Program-made: the position numbers and the translations under genes
The notes under the pieces: generated by a model
Seen by the model: only the letters and a program-made list of their open reading frames with translations
Told to the model about the DNA's origin: nothing
The model's database searches: none
Shown: positions 24,316 through 34,991 of the stretch, in pieces
How positions within the stretch are numbered: position 1 is the stretch's first letter
Layout: each line of letters opens with the position of its first letter
Sequence record: PV231353.1
Reading direction: 5' to 3' (one strand)
Length of the DNA stretch: 64,000 nucleotides

Positions 24316-25937
24316 AATCCGTCCCCGATGACCTGATGGCGCACCTCCAGGAGGAGGTGACCACGCTCGCGACGTGCATCACGATCGTGCGCCAGGACGG
24401 CAAGGCGTTCTTCATGACCGACCACGATCGGCCGATCAAGTTCGAGAACCAGACCTACGTCCCCTACGACTCCTACCAGCGCACGTCGATCCTGATGTCG
24501 TCGGAACTGGAAGTCGACACCGCCGACATCACCGCCTTCCTGACCTCGAACGGGGTGACGCGCGACGACGTGGCCTCGGGCCTGTTCGACTACGCCGCGA
24601 TCAAGGTCCAGTTGCTGAACTACGAGCGGCCCGAGGACGGGGCGATCCTGCTCCGCAAGGGCACGTTCGGCGAAGTGACCATGAACCAGGACGAGACCTT
24701 CTCGGCCGAAATCCGGGGCATGACCCAGGTCCTGACCTACCGGGTCGGGGAGACCTACGCGCCCGAGTGCCGGGCCGACCTGGGCGATCGCCGCTGCAAG
24801 ATCGGCCTGATGCCTGAGGAGTGGCAGGCCAACAAATACTACGGCCTCGACGCCTGCGTGCTGGGCGAACTCGTCGCCCCTACGTCGTTCGTCAATCCCG
24901 TGGTCGTCAACGGCAACTTCGAGGACGGCGCCCTCAACGCCGTCGTCACCGCGCCGACGGGCTGGGTGGCCTATGGCGATCCGACCAGCCGCTGGGTCTA
25001 CAAGCACGACTGGTACAATCTGTCGCGCCCGCAGGTCGGCAACCAGTTCATCGCCGCCACCCGCACCTCGATCTCCGACAAGCAGGAAGTCGCGGGCATC
25101 TACCAGGACATCAACCTCATTTCCGCCGGCGTGCCCGCCGCCGCGATCGACGGCGGCCTCTGCCGCGTGCGCTACAAGTCCTTCGCCGCCTGCCTCAACA
25201 ACCGCGCCCAGTCGCGCGAACGCCTGACCTGCATCAAGGCTGACGGCTCGGTGGAGACGATCTGGGACACCGGCGAGATCAAGTACCCCGAGGACCGCTG
25301 GATCGCGGTCAACGCCGATGACATCCTGATCCCGGCCGGCACGCGTGTCCTGCGCATCGACCTGTGGTCCAAGAAACGCAGCGTCCACGAGGAGGGCGCG
25401 GCCTATGATGGGATCAGCCTGTCGATCAACCTGCCGGCAGGCACCGCCGGCAACGCCCATGTCTATGGCGGGGTGATGTTCAAGTGCATCCAGGCGGGGA
25501 TCAGCGGCGGCACCCAGCCGGCCTGGACTAACGAACTGGGCGCCACCTATACCGACGGCACGGTCATCTGGCAGTGCGTGGCCAACTACAAGAAGGTGGG
25601 CACGGTCGCCACGGTCGCCTCCAACAAGTCCTTCACCTCGACCGACATCACCGAGCCGGCCGGTCACTACGACGGCGGCGTGCTCTACTGGGAAACCGGC
25701 CGCAACGCCGGACGCGCCCAGGAGATCAAGACCTGGGCCGCCAACCTCTTCACGCTTTTCCAGCGCACCTACTATCCAATCACGGCGGGCGACCGCTTCG
25801 TGGTCTATCCCGGCTGCGACAAGCGCCGCGCCACCTGTGCCGACAAGTTCCACAATATCCACAATTTCCGCGCCGAGCCCGACGTGCCCGGTCAGGACAT
25901 CTACTACCGCACGCCCAACGCTCCGGAGCAGGAATGA
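24312..25937 (+). CDS. Tail hub/baseplate protein (DUF2163, GTA-like) with an ~250-aa insertion
   Basis: C.A.LGD.RC and GCDK...TC..KF.N..NFR.EP..PG motifs. Confidence 0.9.
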   Translation: MKSVPDDLMAHLQEEVTTLATCITIVRQDGKAFFMTDHDRPIKFENQTYVPYDSYQRTSILMSSELEVDTADITAFLTSNGVTRDDVASGLFDYAAIKVQLLNYERPEDGAILLRKGTFGEVTMNQDETFSAEIRGMTQVLTYRVGETYAPECRADLGDRRCKIGLMPEEWQANKYYGLDACVLGELVAPTSFVNPVVVNGNFEDGALNAVVTAPTGWVAYGDPTSRWVYKHDWYNLSRPQVGNQFIAATRTSISDKQEVAGIYQDINLISAGVPAAAIDGGLCRVRYKSFAACLNNRAQSRERLTCIKADGSVETIWDTGEIKYPEDRWIAVNADDILIPAGTRVLRIDLWSKKRSVHEEGAAYDGISLSINLPAGTAGNAHVYGGVMFKCIQAGISGGTQPAWTNELGATYTDGTVIWQCVANYKKVGTVATVASNKSFTSTDITEPAGHYDGGVLYWETGRNAGRAQEIKTWAANLFTLFQRTYYPITAGDRFVVYPGCDKRRATCADKFHNIHNFRAEPDVPGQDIYYRTPNAPEQE

Positions 25938-26359
25938 CCCGCGACGACATCGTGACCGAAGCGCGCCGCTATGTCGCGCTCCAAACCCCCTGGCGCCATC
26001 GAGGCCGCACCGAACGCGGCCTCGACTGCATCGGGCTGGCCGTCATGATCTTCGAAAAGTTCAACCTGGAGTATATGGACCAGGACGGCTACGCGCGCAC
26101 GCCCGACGGTGAGAAGTTCGTCGACGTGATCCGCCAGCACATGACCCTGGCCGATCCGACCGCGCTCAAGCCGGGCATGCTGCTGTTGTTCAACGACGAT
26201 GCCCGGCCCTGTCATGTCGGCATCCTGGCGCGCCAGCACGGGCGCCTGACCCTGATCCACGCGACCGCCGACAAGAAGCGGACGGTCGAGGAAGTCTATG
26301 ACCGCCGCTATGCCGCCCGGTTCCGCATGGCCTTCGATTTTCCCGGCGTTGAGGACTAA
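25934..26359 (+). CDS. NlpC/P60 tail-associated peptidase
   Basis: ATG 25934 (ATGA overlap); TPWRHRGR...GLDCIGL, HVGI and LIHA motifs. Confidence 0.92.
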   Translation: MTRDDIVTEARRYVALQTPWRHRGRTERGLDCIGLAVMIFEKFNLEYMDQDGYARTPDGEKFVDVIRQHMTLADPTALKPGMLLLFNDDARPCHVGILARQHGRLTLIHATADKKRTVEEVYDRRYAARFRMAFDFPGVED

Positions 26360-26361
26360 TC

Positions 26362-29300
26362 ATGGCCGCCGCCATTGCCCTTCCGATCGTCTCCGCCATC
26401 GTCAGCACGGCGATCAGCTACGCCTTCCCGAGCGATGGCCCGCGCCTGCGCGACACCAAGGTCTCGGCCTCGACCTACGGCAACGTGATCCCGGAAATCT
26501 ACGGGACCGCGCGCGTCGGCGGCAACATGATCTGGTCCAAGCCGTTCACCGAGAAGAAGAAGAAGAAGCGGGCCGGCAAGGGCGGCTCCTACTACAACGA
26601 ATACACCTACTACTGCGACTTCGCCATGGCCTTCTGCCGGGGGCCGGTCAAGGAAGTGCGCCGCATCTGGGCCGACGGTAAGGTGATCTATGACACCACC
26701 GGCGGCTCGGAGGTGATCGACAACAACAAGTACCGCTTCCGCTTCTATCCCGGCGACGAGACGCAGCTTCCCGACAGCCTCATCGTCGAGGACAAGGGCG
26801 CCGATTACGCCCCCGCCTACCGGGGCCTCTGCTACGTCGTGTTCGACGACTTCGCCCTGGCCGATTTCGGCAACCGCATCCCGCAGATCATGGCCGAGGT
26901 CTATGCCGGAGACGAAGGCGGCGCGGCGATCACCGACATCGTCCCGCTGCCGAGTTCGCCGGTCACTGGTGGGTCCTATCAGCTTGGCCAGATGATGATC
27001 GACGCTGACCGGGGCTATTTCTACCTCGTCGATTCGGTGTCCAACCCGGCAGGCACCGTTCTGCGCCGCTTCCTGCTGGCGAACGGCAAGGAGGATCGGC
27101 GCGAAATCGTCTCGATCCCGCAGACCCAGTTCCCGCCCTCGGTCTATGACAGCCCCGATCTGACCTCGGTCCGGGCCGTCACTTCCAAGGGCGAGCTTCT
27201 CTGCGTCTTCGGCGGGGTCAACAACTACATGCGGATCGAGAAGCTCGATCCCTATTCCTGGCAGTCGCTGGGGACGATCGGCCGCAGCTATCCCTTCGCG
27301 GGCACGCCCGAAAACAGCCTGGAGCACTCCAACACCAACTTCGAGATTTCGCGGGACGAGAAGGGCAACTATCTCTGCCTGACGCTCGGGGTGTTTGGTG
27401 AGTACAACATCTTCGATCCCTCCGACATGTCGTTCAAGGCTAAGGGCGAAATGGCGGGCTGGGGTGGTCCGGGCACGCCGATGTACATCTGCGCCCGCCA
27501 GGGCGGCTCGGCGGCCTCCCGCCGCTTCTACCACGTCACCTATACGGGCGGGGCGTCCTTGCAGGTGTGCAGCCTGAACGAGGTGCTCTACAATCATCCG
27601 CTTGATCATCCTGGAGATTCCCAGACCGCGACGTCCTGGGCCTTCTGGGACGAGGGCGATCCGGGGGTGGTCTTCTTCTATTCCGACGGCCCCAACCGCT
27701 ACATCGCCAAGTGGTCCGAATCCACCGGCGTGCTGGCCTGGAAGACCCAGCTTCGCAACTCCGATCCGTTCTGCGGCTATGGGGTCTATGGCCTGCGCGC
27801 CCGGATCAAGGACAACGAGTTCCACTGGGTCTACAACAAGCACCTGTTCTCGATCAACACCGCCACGGGGCAGTGGATCGACCGGACCTTCGACCAGGAC
27901 TTCTACAAGAGCGACAACGACAAGACCGCCGAACAGGTCAACGACGGCGACAAGGGCCTGCTGCTGCCGCGCGACATCTCCGAGGACTATGTCATCTACG
28001 ATCCGCGCCGCAACATCGTGATTTGCGTCGGACAGATTCAGGGCCAAAACGGCATCGTCCACGTCGGCGGCTATACGGGCGGCAAGACCTCGGTGGGGGC
28101 CATTGTCGAGCGTCTTCTGGTCTCGACGGGGCAGATGACCTCGAACGACTACGACCTGACGCCGCTCTACGACATCCCGGTCTACGGGTACGGCTACGCC
28201 TCCTCGACCGACATCAAGTCGATCATCGCCGAACTGCGCAACCTCTTCATGTTCGACCTCGTCGAAAGCGACGGTCGACTGGTCGCGCGCGTGCGCGGCG
28301 ATCAGGACCCTGACGCCGAGGTGCCCTGGAAGCTCCTGGGCTCCCAGAGCGGCCCGACCCCGGACAAGGCCGACTACTGGAAAGAGACCCGGATGTCGGA
28401 GTCCGATCTTCCGGCCTCGATCGACCTGACCTATTCGAACATCGACGACGATTACAACCCGTCGACGGCCAAGTCCAAGCGGATCGCCTCGCCGGTGGCG
28501 ACCATGCTGTCGCGCCAGCAGGTCAAGGCCGAGTGCAACCTCGTCATGGACGCGACCGAGGCCAAAAACCGCGTCAACATCATGCTCTACACCCAGTGGG
28601 AGGAGCGCACGCAGCACCAGACGGCCCTTCCCTGGCTCTACGCCAATCTCGACGCCTCGGACCTGATCTCGGTGACCATGGAGGACGGCCGCAACTACTT
28701 CGAGCGGATCGGCTCGATCGAGTTCGGCGCCGACTTCTCCTCGCGTCTGGAAACCTACGGCACCGACAGCGGCGCCTACCTTTCGGACAAGACCGGCGAC
28801 GGCGGCGGCGCTGGGCGGCCCACGGTCGTGCCGGCCCCCAAGCCGGTGGTGGGCTTCATCCTCAACACCCCGTTGCTGCGCGATACCCACGACAGCGGCG
28901 GCAACTTCTCCAACTGGTATAGCGCCATCGGCGCCGGCGCGCCGGGCGTGTTCCTCGGCGGCACGATGTTCAAGTCCGCCAATTCGCAGGACTACGTTGA
29001 TCTCTACCAGGAGCCGGAGAGCGCCGAGTGGGGCACCGTGATGGGTGTCGTGCCCTCGCCCTCGCACGGCTGGTTCGCGCTCGACTGGGAGACGCGCATC
29101 ACCATCACGCCGGCGGTCGACTTCTTCGAACTGGAATCGATCACCGACGACGAGCTTTGGGAAGGCCTCAACCTCGTGATGATCGGCGACGAGGTCCTCC
29201 AGTTCCGCGACGCGGTGCAGAACGCCGACGGCACCTGGACGATCTGGAATCTGCTGCGCGGGCGCCGGGGCACGCAATATGCCTGCGACAATCACAAGGC

Positions 29301-29838
29301 CGGCGAGCGCTTCCTGTTCCTCGACGAGCGCTCGATCGAGTTCCAGGCCGAGAACCTCGACACCTCGGGCCAGAACCGCTGGTATAAGGCCGTCGGCTCG
29401 GGCATGTCGCTGTTCGAGACCGATCCGATCCAGATCAACTACCAGCCCCGCGACCTCATGCCCTACCGCCCGGCCGACATCCGTCGGGCGGTCGCGGGCG
29501 GCGACGTCACCGTGACCTGGAAGCGCCGCACGCGCTTCACGGCCACGCTCAAGGATGGCACCGGCGAAGTCAGCCTCAACGAAGGCGCCGAAGCCTACGA
29601 GGCCTATGTGCTCGCCGCACCGTACTCGGGCGACCTGTCGCGTCAGGACGCGCCGGCCGTCTACCGCCGCAAATACACCCTGACGAGTCCGAGCTTCACC
29701 TACACGGCGGCCGAGCAGGCGGCCGACGGATTTGACGTGAATCTTGACACTCTGCACGTGGTGATCTATCAGTTGAGTTCGGTTGTTGGTCGGGGTTTCC
29801 CCGGCGCGCGCTCGATTGAGTCCTGGCAGGACTTCTAA
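26362..29838 (+). CDS. Tail tip / central fibre (GTA gp15, lambda J-like)
   Basis: STYG..IP..YGT.R..GN.IW, PAYRGLCYVVF..F.L..FGNRIP and LLRGRRGT motifs. Confidence 0.92.
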   Translation: MAAAIALPIVSAIVSTAISYAFPSDGPRLRDTKVSASTYGNVIPEIYGTARVGGNMIWSKPFTEKKKKKRAGKGGSYYNEYTYYCDFAMAFCRGPVKEVRRIWADGKVIYDTTGGSEVIDNNKYRFRFYPGDETQLPDSLIVEDKGADYAPAYRGLCYVVFDDFALADFGNRIPQIMAEVYAGDEGGAAITDIVPLPSSPVTGGSYQLGQMMIDADRGYFYLVDSVSNPAGTVLRRFLLANGKEDRREIVSIPQTQFPPSVYDSPDLTSVRAVTSKGELLCVFGGVNNYMRIEKLDPYSWQSLGTIGRSYPFAGTPENSLEHSNTNFEISRDEKGNYLCLTLGVFGEYNIFDPSDMSFKAKGEMAGWGGPGTPMYICARQGGSAASRRFYHVTYTGGASLQVCSLNEVLYNHPLDHPGDSQTATSWAFWDEGDPGVVFFYSDGPNRYIAKWSESTGVLAWKTQLRNSDPFCGYGVYGLRARIKDNEFHWVYNKHLFSINTATGQWIDRTFDQDFYKSDNDKTAEQVNDGDKGLLLPRDISEDYVIYDPRRNIVICVGQIQGQNGIVHVGGYTGGKTSVGAIVERLLVSTGQMTSNDYDLTPLYDIPVYGYGYASSTDIKSIIAELRNLFMFDLVESDGRLVARVRGDQDPDAEVPWKLLGSQSGPTPDKADYWKETRMSESDLPASIDLTYSNIDDDYNPSTAKSKRIASPVATMLSRQQVKAECNLVMDATEAKNRVNIMLYTQWEERTQHQTALPWLYANLDASDLISVTMEDGRNYFERIGSIEFGADFSSRLETYGTDSGAYLSDKTGDGGGAGRPTVVPAPKPVVGFILNTPLLRDTHDSGGNFSNWYSAIGAGAPGVFLGGTMFKSANSQDYVDLYQEPESAEWGTVMGVVPSPSHGWFALDWETRITITPAVDFFELESITDDELWEGLNLVMIGDEVLQFRDAVQNADGTWTIWNLLRGRRGTQYACDNHKAGERFLFLDERSIEFQAENLDTSGQNRWYKAVGSGMSLFETDPIQINYQPRDLMPYRPADIRRAVAGGDVTVTWKRRTRFTATLKDGTGEVSLNEGAEAYEAYVLAAPYSGDLSRQDAPAVYRRKYTLTSPSFTYTAAEQAADGFDVNLDTLHVVIYQLSSVVGRGFPGARSIESWQDF
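29734..29748 (+). promoter_or_regulatory. GANTC/-35 motif copy (GACGTGAATCTTGAC) inside the tail-tip 3' end
   Basis: Upstream of the fibre genes. Confidence 0.65.
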
Positions 29839-29910
29839 GCCCCCTTTCCACAATCCCGCGATCCCGGCCTGGGCGCCGGGATCGTCCCTTGTCATAAAAG
29901 TCGTGGAACG

Positions 29911-30753
29911 ATGAGCAATACGCCGATCCTGAGCATCCCCCAGGTTGCCCCCAACCAGAACCAAAAAGAAGACACGATCAACACGGGTCTGGCGATCCTG
30001 GAGGCGGCCCAGAACGACGACATCCAACTGACGGTGTCGTCCGGCACCTACAATATCACCACCGTCCAGTTTACCCGCGCCTTCCTGCATCGCTATTCGG
30101 GCCATACCGACGCCACGGTCGTGGCGGTTGTCCCCACCACCCCGCGCTGGTTCGCCGTCGCCAACGAAGGTGGCTTCGCGATGGGCCTGAAGGTCTTCGG
30201 GCAAACCCCGGTGACGACGATCCAGCCGGGCAAGATCGTCCTCTTCCAGTCCGACGGGACCACGCTGCGGGCGGTCTCCGAGGGGGTCAGCCGCATCTTC
30301 GACCTCTCCGACGTCGATGGCTCCGACACGCCGTCCGACGGGCAGGTCCTGGTCTGGAGCACCACGACCAGTCGGTTCGAGCCGGCCGATCTGCCGGCCG
30401 ACGTCGACTTCTGGACGACAGGGGTGACCCCCAACGACGGGGTCGTCCTGCGCAAGCTCTTCCTGCGTCCGGTGCGATTCCTGGCCAACTTCCTGGGCTC
30501 GGTCGCCAAGGCCGGCGTCGCGGCGACCGCCAGCACCGTCTTCACGGTCAAGAAGACCACCGGCGTCACCACCACCACGGTTGGGACCATCACCTTCACG
30601 GGCTCTTCGGCCGCCTTCTCCACGGACCAGGGCAGCGGCGCGGTCACCGTCAACTTCGGGGCCGGCGACATCATGACCATCACCGGCCCGGCCTCCGCCG
30701 ACGCCACCCTCGCTGACATCGTCGCTTCGCTCAAGGGCGTCATCCTGCAATGA
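29911..30753 (+). CDS. Short tail fibre/accessory protein (DUF2793-like N-terminus)
   Basis: TPIL..P.VAPNQNQKEDTIN..LAILE N-terminus shared with the next gene. Confidence 0.85.
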   Translation: MSNTPILSIPQVAPNQNQKEDTINTGLAILEAAQNDDIQLTVSSGTYNITTVQFTRAFLHRYSGHTDATVVAVVPTTPRWFAVANEGGFAMGLKVFGQTPVTTIQPGKIVLFQSDGTTLRAVSEGVSRIFDLSDVDGSDTPSDGQVLVWSTTTSRFEPADLPADVDFWTTGVTPNDGVVLRKLFLRPVRFLANFLGSVAKAGVAATASTVFTVKKTTGVTTTTVGTITFTGSSAAFSTDQGSGAVTVNFGAGDIMTITGPASADATLADIVASLKGVILQ

Positions 30754-33700
30754 CCGATTACACGCCGATCCTGAAGCTCCCTGAGGTCGCGCCGAACCAA
30801 AACCAGAAGGAAGACACGATCAACACCGCGCTCGCCATCCTGGAGAGCGCGATGAACAACGTGAAGGTCTACACCCTCACCGGCGCGGGGCCGCGCAACC
30901 TCACCGAGGACGACTACACCCGCTACTTCCTGCACCGGTTCTCGGGCCAGACCGCCGCCTACGAGGTCACCGTCCCGGCCGCCCTGCCGCGTTGGTTCGC
31001 GGTCGAGAACGCCGGCAGCTTCGCCATCACCGTGCGCTGCCAGGGCGTCACCGGCGGCCTGCCGTTCGAGGTGCCGCCCGGCAAGATCGGGCTGGCGGTC
31101 TCCGATGGTTCGGACGTCCGCACCGTCGTGCCGCAGTCGGGCATGGGCCTGCTCCAGGACCTCTCGGACGTGTCGGGCGTGCCGACCGACAAACAGGTCC
31201 TGCGCTACGACGCCGCCACCAGTCTGTGGAAGCCCTCGACCTTCACGATGGCCTTCACCCAACTGACCGACGTGCCGGGCAGCTATTCGGCCCAGCAGGG
31301 CAAGCTTGTGGCGGTCAACGCCGCCGGCACGGGCCTGGAGTTCGTCACCTCGGCCTCCAACGTCAACGACTTCCTCGATCTCACCGACACGCCCAGTTCC
31401 TACGCGGGCGCGGCCGGCAAGACCGTCAAGGTCTCGTCGGGCGGCACGGGCCTCGTGTTCGGGAGCCCGACCTTCCTGGAGAGCACCGACACCCCGTCCA
31501 GCTACAGCGGCGGCGCCAACAAGTTCGTCCGGGTCAATCCCGGCTCCAGCGCCCTGATCTTCTCGGACGTCAAGCTGACCGACCTCTCGGACGGGCCGGG
31601 GACCTATACCGGCTTTGGGGGCATGTTCCTGCGCGTCAAGAACGACGGGACGGGGTTCGAATTCAACACCGGTTCGGGCGGCCCTGACAACTTCCTGGAC
31701 CTGACCGACACGCCTGACGCGTACACGGGTCAGGCAAGCAAGGCCGTGCGCGTCAAATCCGACGTCTCGGGGCTGGAGTTCTATACCCCTAACTTCCTGC
31801 TGCTGTCGGACACCCCGGCTGATTACTCGGGCGCGGCCAACAAGGTCCTGCGCGTCAATGGCGCCGGCAACGCCGTCGTCTTCAGCACCTTGGCCTTCCA
31901 GGACCTCCAGAACGTCCCGACGGCCCAGGCCAACAAGTGGCTGCGCTGGAACCCGACCGCCACGGCGTTGATCAACGACACCCCGACCTTCTTGGGTCTG
32001 TCCGACACCCCGGCGGCCTATACGGGCAACGAGGGCAAGTACGTCTACGTCAAGGGGGATGGCTCGGGCCTGGGCTTCACCGCGACCTCGGCCAACCTGT
32101 CGTTCCTGGAGTTGAACGACACGATCGACACCACCTACGACTCCAAGACCGACATGGTGCCAATCGTCACCATCGTTTCGGGCTCGCCGGTCCTGCAACT
32201 GGGCTATTACGCCTTCGCCAAGCTGGCGGGGATCAGCCTGTCCTCGCCGACCAACGGGCAAATCCTCGGTTACAATTCGACCTCCGGCCTGTGGACCAAC
32301 ATCGACGCGCCCGAGGGCGGCGGCGGCGGCTCTATCGGCGTGCCGTCGTATGGGGCGCATCCCTATTGGCGCCTCCTCCTGCACGCCACCGACGGCTCGA
32401 CCGTCGAGTACGGCATCCAGGAGATCGAGTTCAAGCACACCAAGACGGGCGCTGATCTGGCCACTGGGGGTACCGCCTCGGCGTCCTCGACGGCCGAAGG
32501 CTCGCCGGACGGGGCGTTCGACGACACCGTGGGCGCGGCGTGGTTCTCCTCGACGGCGGCGGACGGCGAGTGGATCAAGTACCACTTCACCGCGCCGGTC
32601 GATGTGCGCTACCTGACCCTGAAGGGCTCGCAGTCGCGACCCAACGGCTCGCCCTCGGCCTTCTCGGTCCAGTACAGCGACGATGACTCGGTCTGGACCA
32701 CCGCCTGGGAGGTGACGGGCCAGACGGGGTGGGCGGCGGGTCAGACCCGCGAGTTCCACGCCCCGATCGACCTCTTCTTCACCGACCTCGCCGACGCCCC
32801 GCCCAGCTATATCGGGCAGGCGGGCAAGGCCCTGCGCGTCAACACCGGCGAGACGGCGCTGGAGTTCTTCACCCCCACCACGACGCTGGCGACCATGGGG
32901 GATGTCGACTTCACCTTCCCGCCGACCGATGGCCAGTTCCTGCGCTATGACAACGCGACCGGCAAGTGGAAACCCTATACGCTGACGTCCGAAGGGCAGA
33001 AGGCGGCCTTCCGGGGCGAATGGTCCGGCTCGGGCGAGAACATCACCCTGACCTTTGACGCCTTGACCATTCCGAGCGTCCTGTCGCCGGACGCGCCGGG
33101 ATGGACGATCGTCGGGCAGGCCGACGCGACGGCTGGCACCACGCAGGCGCTGAAGTCGCGCCCGATCGGCAATAGCGGGCTCTGCTACGTTGAGCAGACC
33201 GTCAATTTCGTCGGCGATACGCCGTTCAAGGTGCGCTACAAGGTCTCTTCCGAATCGGTCGACGTCTTCCGCATCCTGGTCGACGGCTCGGTCGTGCTTA
33301 CCGACAGCGGCAACAACGGGACGTTTGAAGAGTTCTCGACCACCCTGTCGGGTACGCACACCATCCGCTACCAGTACAGCAAGGACCCCAGCGTCGCGGT
33401 GGGGGACGACTGCGTCTATATCAGCCAGATCACCTACAAGAAGACGGCGGACACGCCGTTCATCTATGGTGACACCGTCACCTATCTCGGCAATACCTTC
33501 TTCTGCCTGATCGACAACACCACCGAGACGCCGGGCGTGGGAACCGACTGGTCGATGTTCGGCGGCTCGGGCTCGGGCACCTTCCTGGGTCTCACCGACA
33601 CCCCGGCCAGCTATTCGGGACAGTCGCTCAAGGCCGTGCGGGTCAAGGCCGACGAGACGGGCCTGGAGTTCTACACCGCCGCGACGGGCGGGGGCGGTGG

Positions 33701-34991
33701 CTCGGGCGGCGCCCTGCCCGAGCGCACGCGCCTGCACCGCACCACCACCCAGTCGATCCCCTCGGCTACCTGGACGGCGGTCCAGTGGGATGCGGAACTG
33801 GAAGACCCGGTCGGGGCCTTCGTGTCGAGCGCTAATACACGCATCACCGTCCCGGCGGGCGTGCAGTATGCGCGGGTCACGGCCTATACGACCTGGAACA
33901 CCAGCCCGACCAGCGCGACGATCGGTTTGGCGCTGCGCCGCAATGGCGTCGAAATCGGCGCCTCGGGCGGCACCAGCATCGCCGCTACCCGCACGGGTTT
34001 TGCCGAAAGCCACCTGAACCTCACCTCTGAATGGTTCCCGGTCACGGCGGGCGACTACTACGAGGTCTATGTCCTCCAGAACTCTGGCTCGGCCCAATCC
34101 CTGAACGGGCCGGTGACGAAGTTCGGCGAGAACTCCTATGTCCAGTTCGAGTGGGACGTGGGACCGGCGGCCCAGCAGTACGAAGCCCACGCCGCCCACA
34201 AGGGCTGGCGCGTGATCGTCACCGAGAGCCAAACCGACACCTACGCGACCCTGGCGGAACTGAAGTTCTACGACCGGTCCGGAACCCTGGTCCCGACGAC
34301 GGGCGGCAAGGTCTACGACACCAACTCCCATGGGACCTATCCGGCCTCCCAGGCGTTCGACGGCAACACTGCCACCTACTGGTCGTCGTTGCAGCAGACC
34401 TCGACCGACCTTCCCGGCGGTCCGGGCTATATCTTCGCCTCGGGCGTCGACGTGGGGTCTTTCAAGATCACCACCACTGGCTCGGACTTCAACACCACCA
34501 ACTCGCCCAAGAACTTCTCGCTGCAATATACCGACGACGATGGCGCGTCGTGGAAGACCTACGCCGTCTACACCAACCAGACGGGTTGGGGCGTCAGCGA
34601 GGAGCGCACCTTCACGGTCCCCGTCGTGGGTGTGGCGGCCAACGCACCGGGTGGGGGCGATACCACGGCCGACTTCGGCTCCTTCATCGCCGGCAAGCCC
34701 CTGGCCAATGAAAAGGCGATCCGCTTCGTGGTCGCCACCCCGTTCACGGTCACGACCGGCCTCCACCAGGGCTCGGCCGAGACGGCGGCGACGGCCTCGC
34801 GCACGTTCAGCTTCGCCAAGAATGGCGTCGAGTTCCTGACCGCGACCTTCGCGGCGGCGGGGACGGTGGCGACGTTCTCGGCCAACGCCGCCACGAGTTT
34901 TGCCGCCGGGGACGTGCTGATGATCACCGCCCCGTCGACCCAGGACGCCACCCTGGCGGACATTTCCTTCACGCTCAAGGGAACCCGATAG
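30750..34991 (+). CDS. Long tail fibre with FLxLxDTPxxYxG repeats and two discoidin (F5/8)-like domains
   Basis: 1413 aa; repeated FLDLTDTPSSYAG...VxV...GLEF; AFD....A.W.S and SP..F..QYSDD...W motifs occur twice. Confidence 0.9.
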   Translation: MTDYTPILKLPEVAPNQNQKEDTINTALAILESAMNNVKVYTLTGAGPRNLTEDDYTRYFLHRFSGQTAAYEVTVPAALPRWFAVENAGSFAITVRCQGVTGGLPFEVPPGKIGLAVSDGSDVRTVVPQSGMGLLQDLSDVSGVPTDKQVLRYDAATSLWKPSTFTMAFTQLTDVPGSYSAQQGKLVAVNAAGTGLEFVTSASNVNDFLDLTDTPSSYAGAAGKTVKVSSGGTGLVFGSPTFLESTDTPSSYSGGANKFVRVNPGSSALIFSDVKLTDLSDGPGTYTGFGGMFLRVKNDGTGFEFNTGSGGPDNFLDLTDTPDAYTGQASKAVRVKSDVSGLEFYTPNFLLLSDTPADYSGAANKVLRVNGAGNAVVFSTLAFQDLQNVPTAQANKWLRWNPTATALINDTPTFLGLSDTPAAYTGNEGKYVYVKGDGSGLGFTATSANLSFLELNDTIDTTYDSKTDMVPIVTIVSGSPVLQLGYYAFAKLAGISLSSPTNGQILGYNSTSGLWTNIDAPEGGGGGSIGVPSYGAHPYWRLLLHATDGSTVEYGIQEIEFKHTKTGADLATGGTASASSTAEGSPDGAFDDTVGAAWFSSTAADGEWIKYHFTAPVDVRYLTLKGSQSRPNGSPSAFSVQYSDDDSVWTTAWEVTGQTGWAAGQTREFHAPIDLFFTDLADAPPSYIGQAGKALRVNTGETALEFFTPTTTLATMGDVDFTFPPTDGQFLRYDNATGKWKPYTLTSEGQKAAFRGEWSGSGENITLTFDALTIPSVLSPDAPGWTIVGQADATAGTTQALKSRPIGNSGLCYVEQTVNFVGDTPFKVRYKVSSESVDVFRILVDGSVVLTDSGNNGTFEEFSTTLSGTHTIRYQYSKDPSVAVGDDCVYISQITYKKTADTPFIYGDTVTYLGNTFFCLIDNTTETPGVGTDWSMFGGSGSGTFLGLTDTPASYSGQSLKAVRVKADETGLEFYTAATGGGGGSGGALPERTRLHRTTTQSIPSATWTAVQWDAELEDPVGAFVSSANTRITVPAGVQYARVTAYTTWNTSPTSATIGLALRRNGVEIGASGGTSIAATRTGFAESHLNLTSEWFPVTAGDYYEVYVLQNSGSAQSLNGPVTKFGENSYVQFEWDVGPAAQQYEAHAAHKGWRVIVTESQTDTYATLAELKFYDRSGTLVPTTGGKVYDTNSHGTYPASQAFDGNTATYWSSLQQTSTDLPGGPGYIFASGVDVGSFKITTTGSDFNTTNSPKNFSLQYTDDDGASWKTYAVYTNQTGWGVSEERTFTVPVVGVAANAPGGGDTTADFGSFIAGKPLANEKAIRFVVATPFTVTTGLHQGSAETAATASRTFSFAKNGVEFLTATFAAAGTVATFSANAATSFAAGDVLMITAPSTQDATLADISFTLKGTR

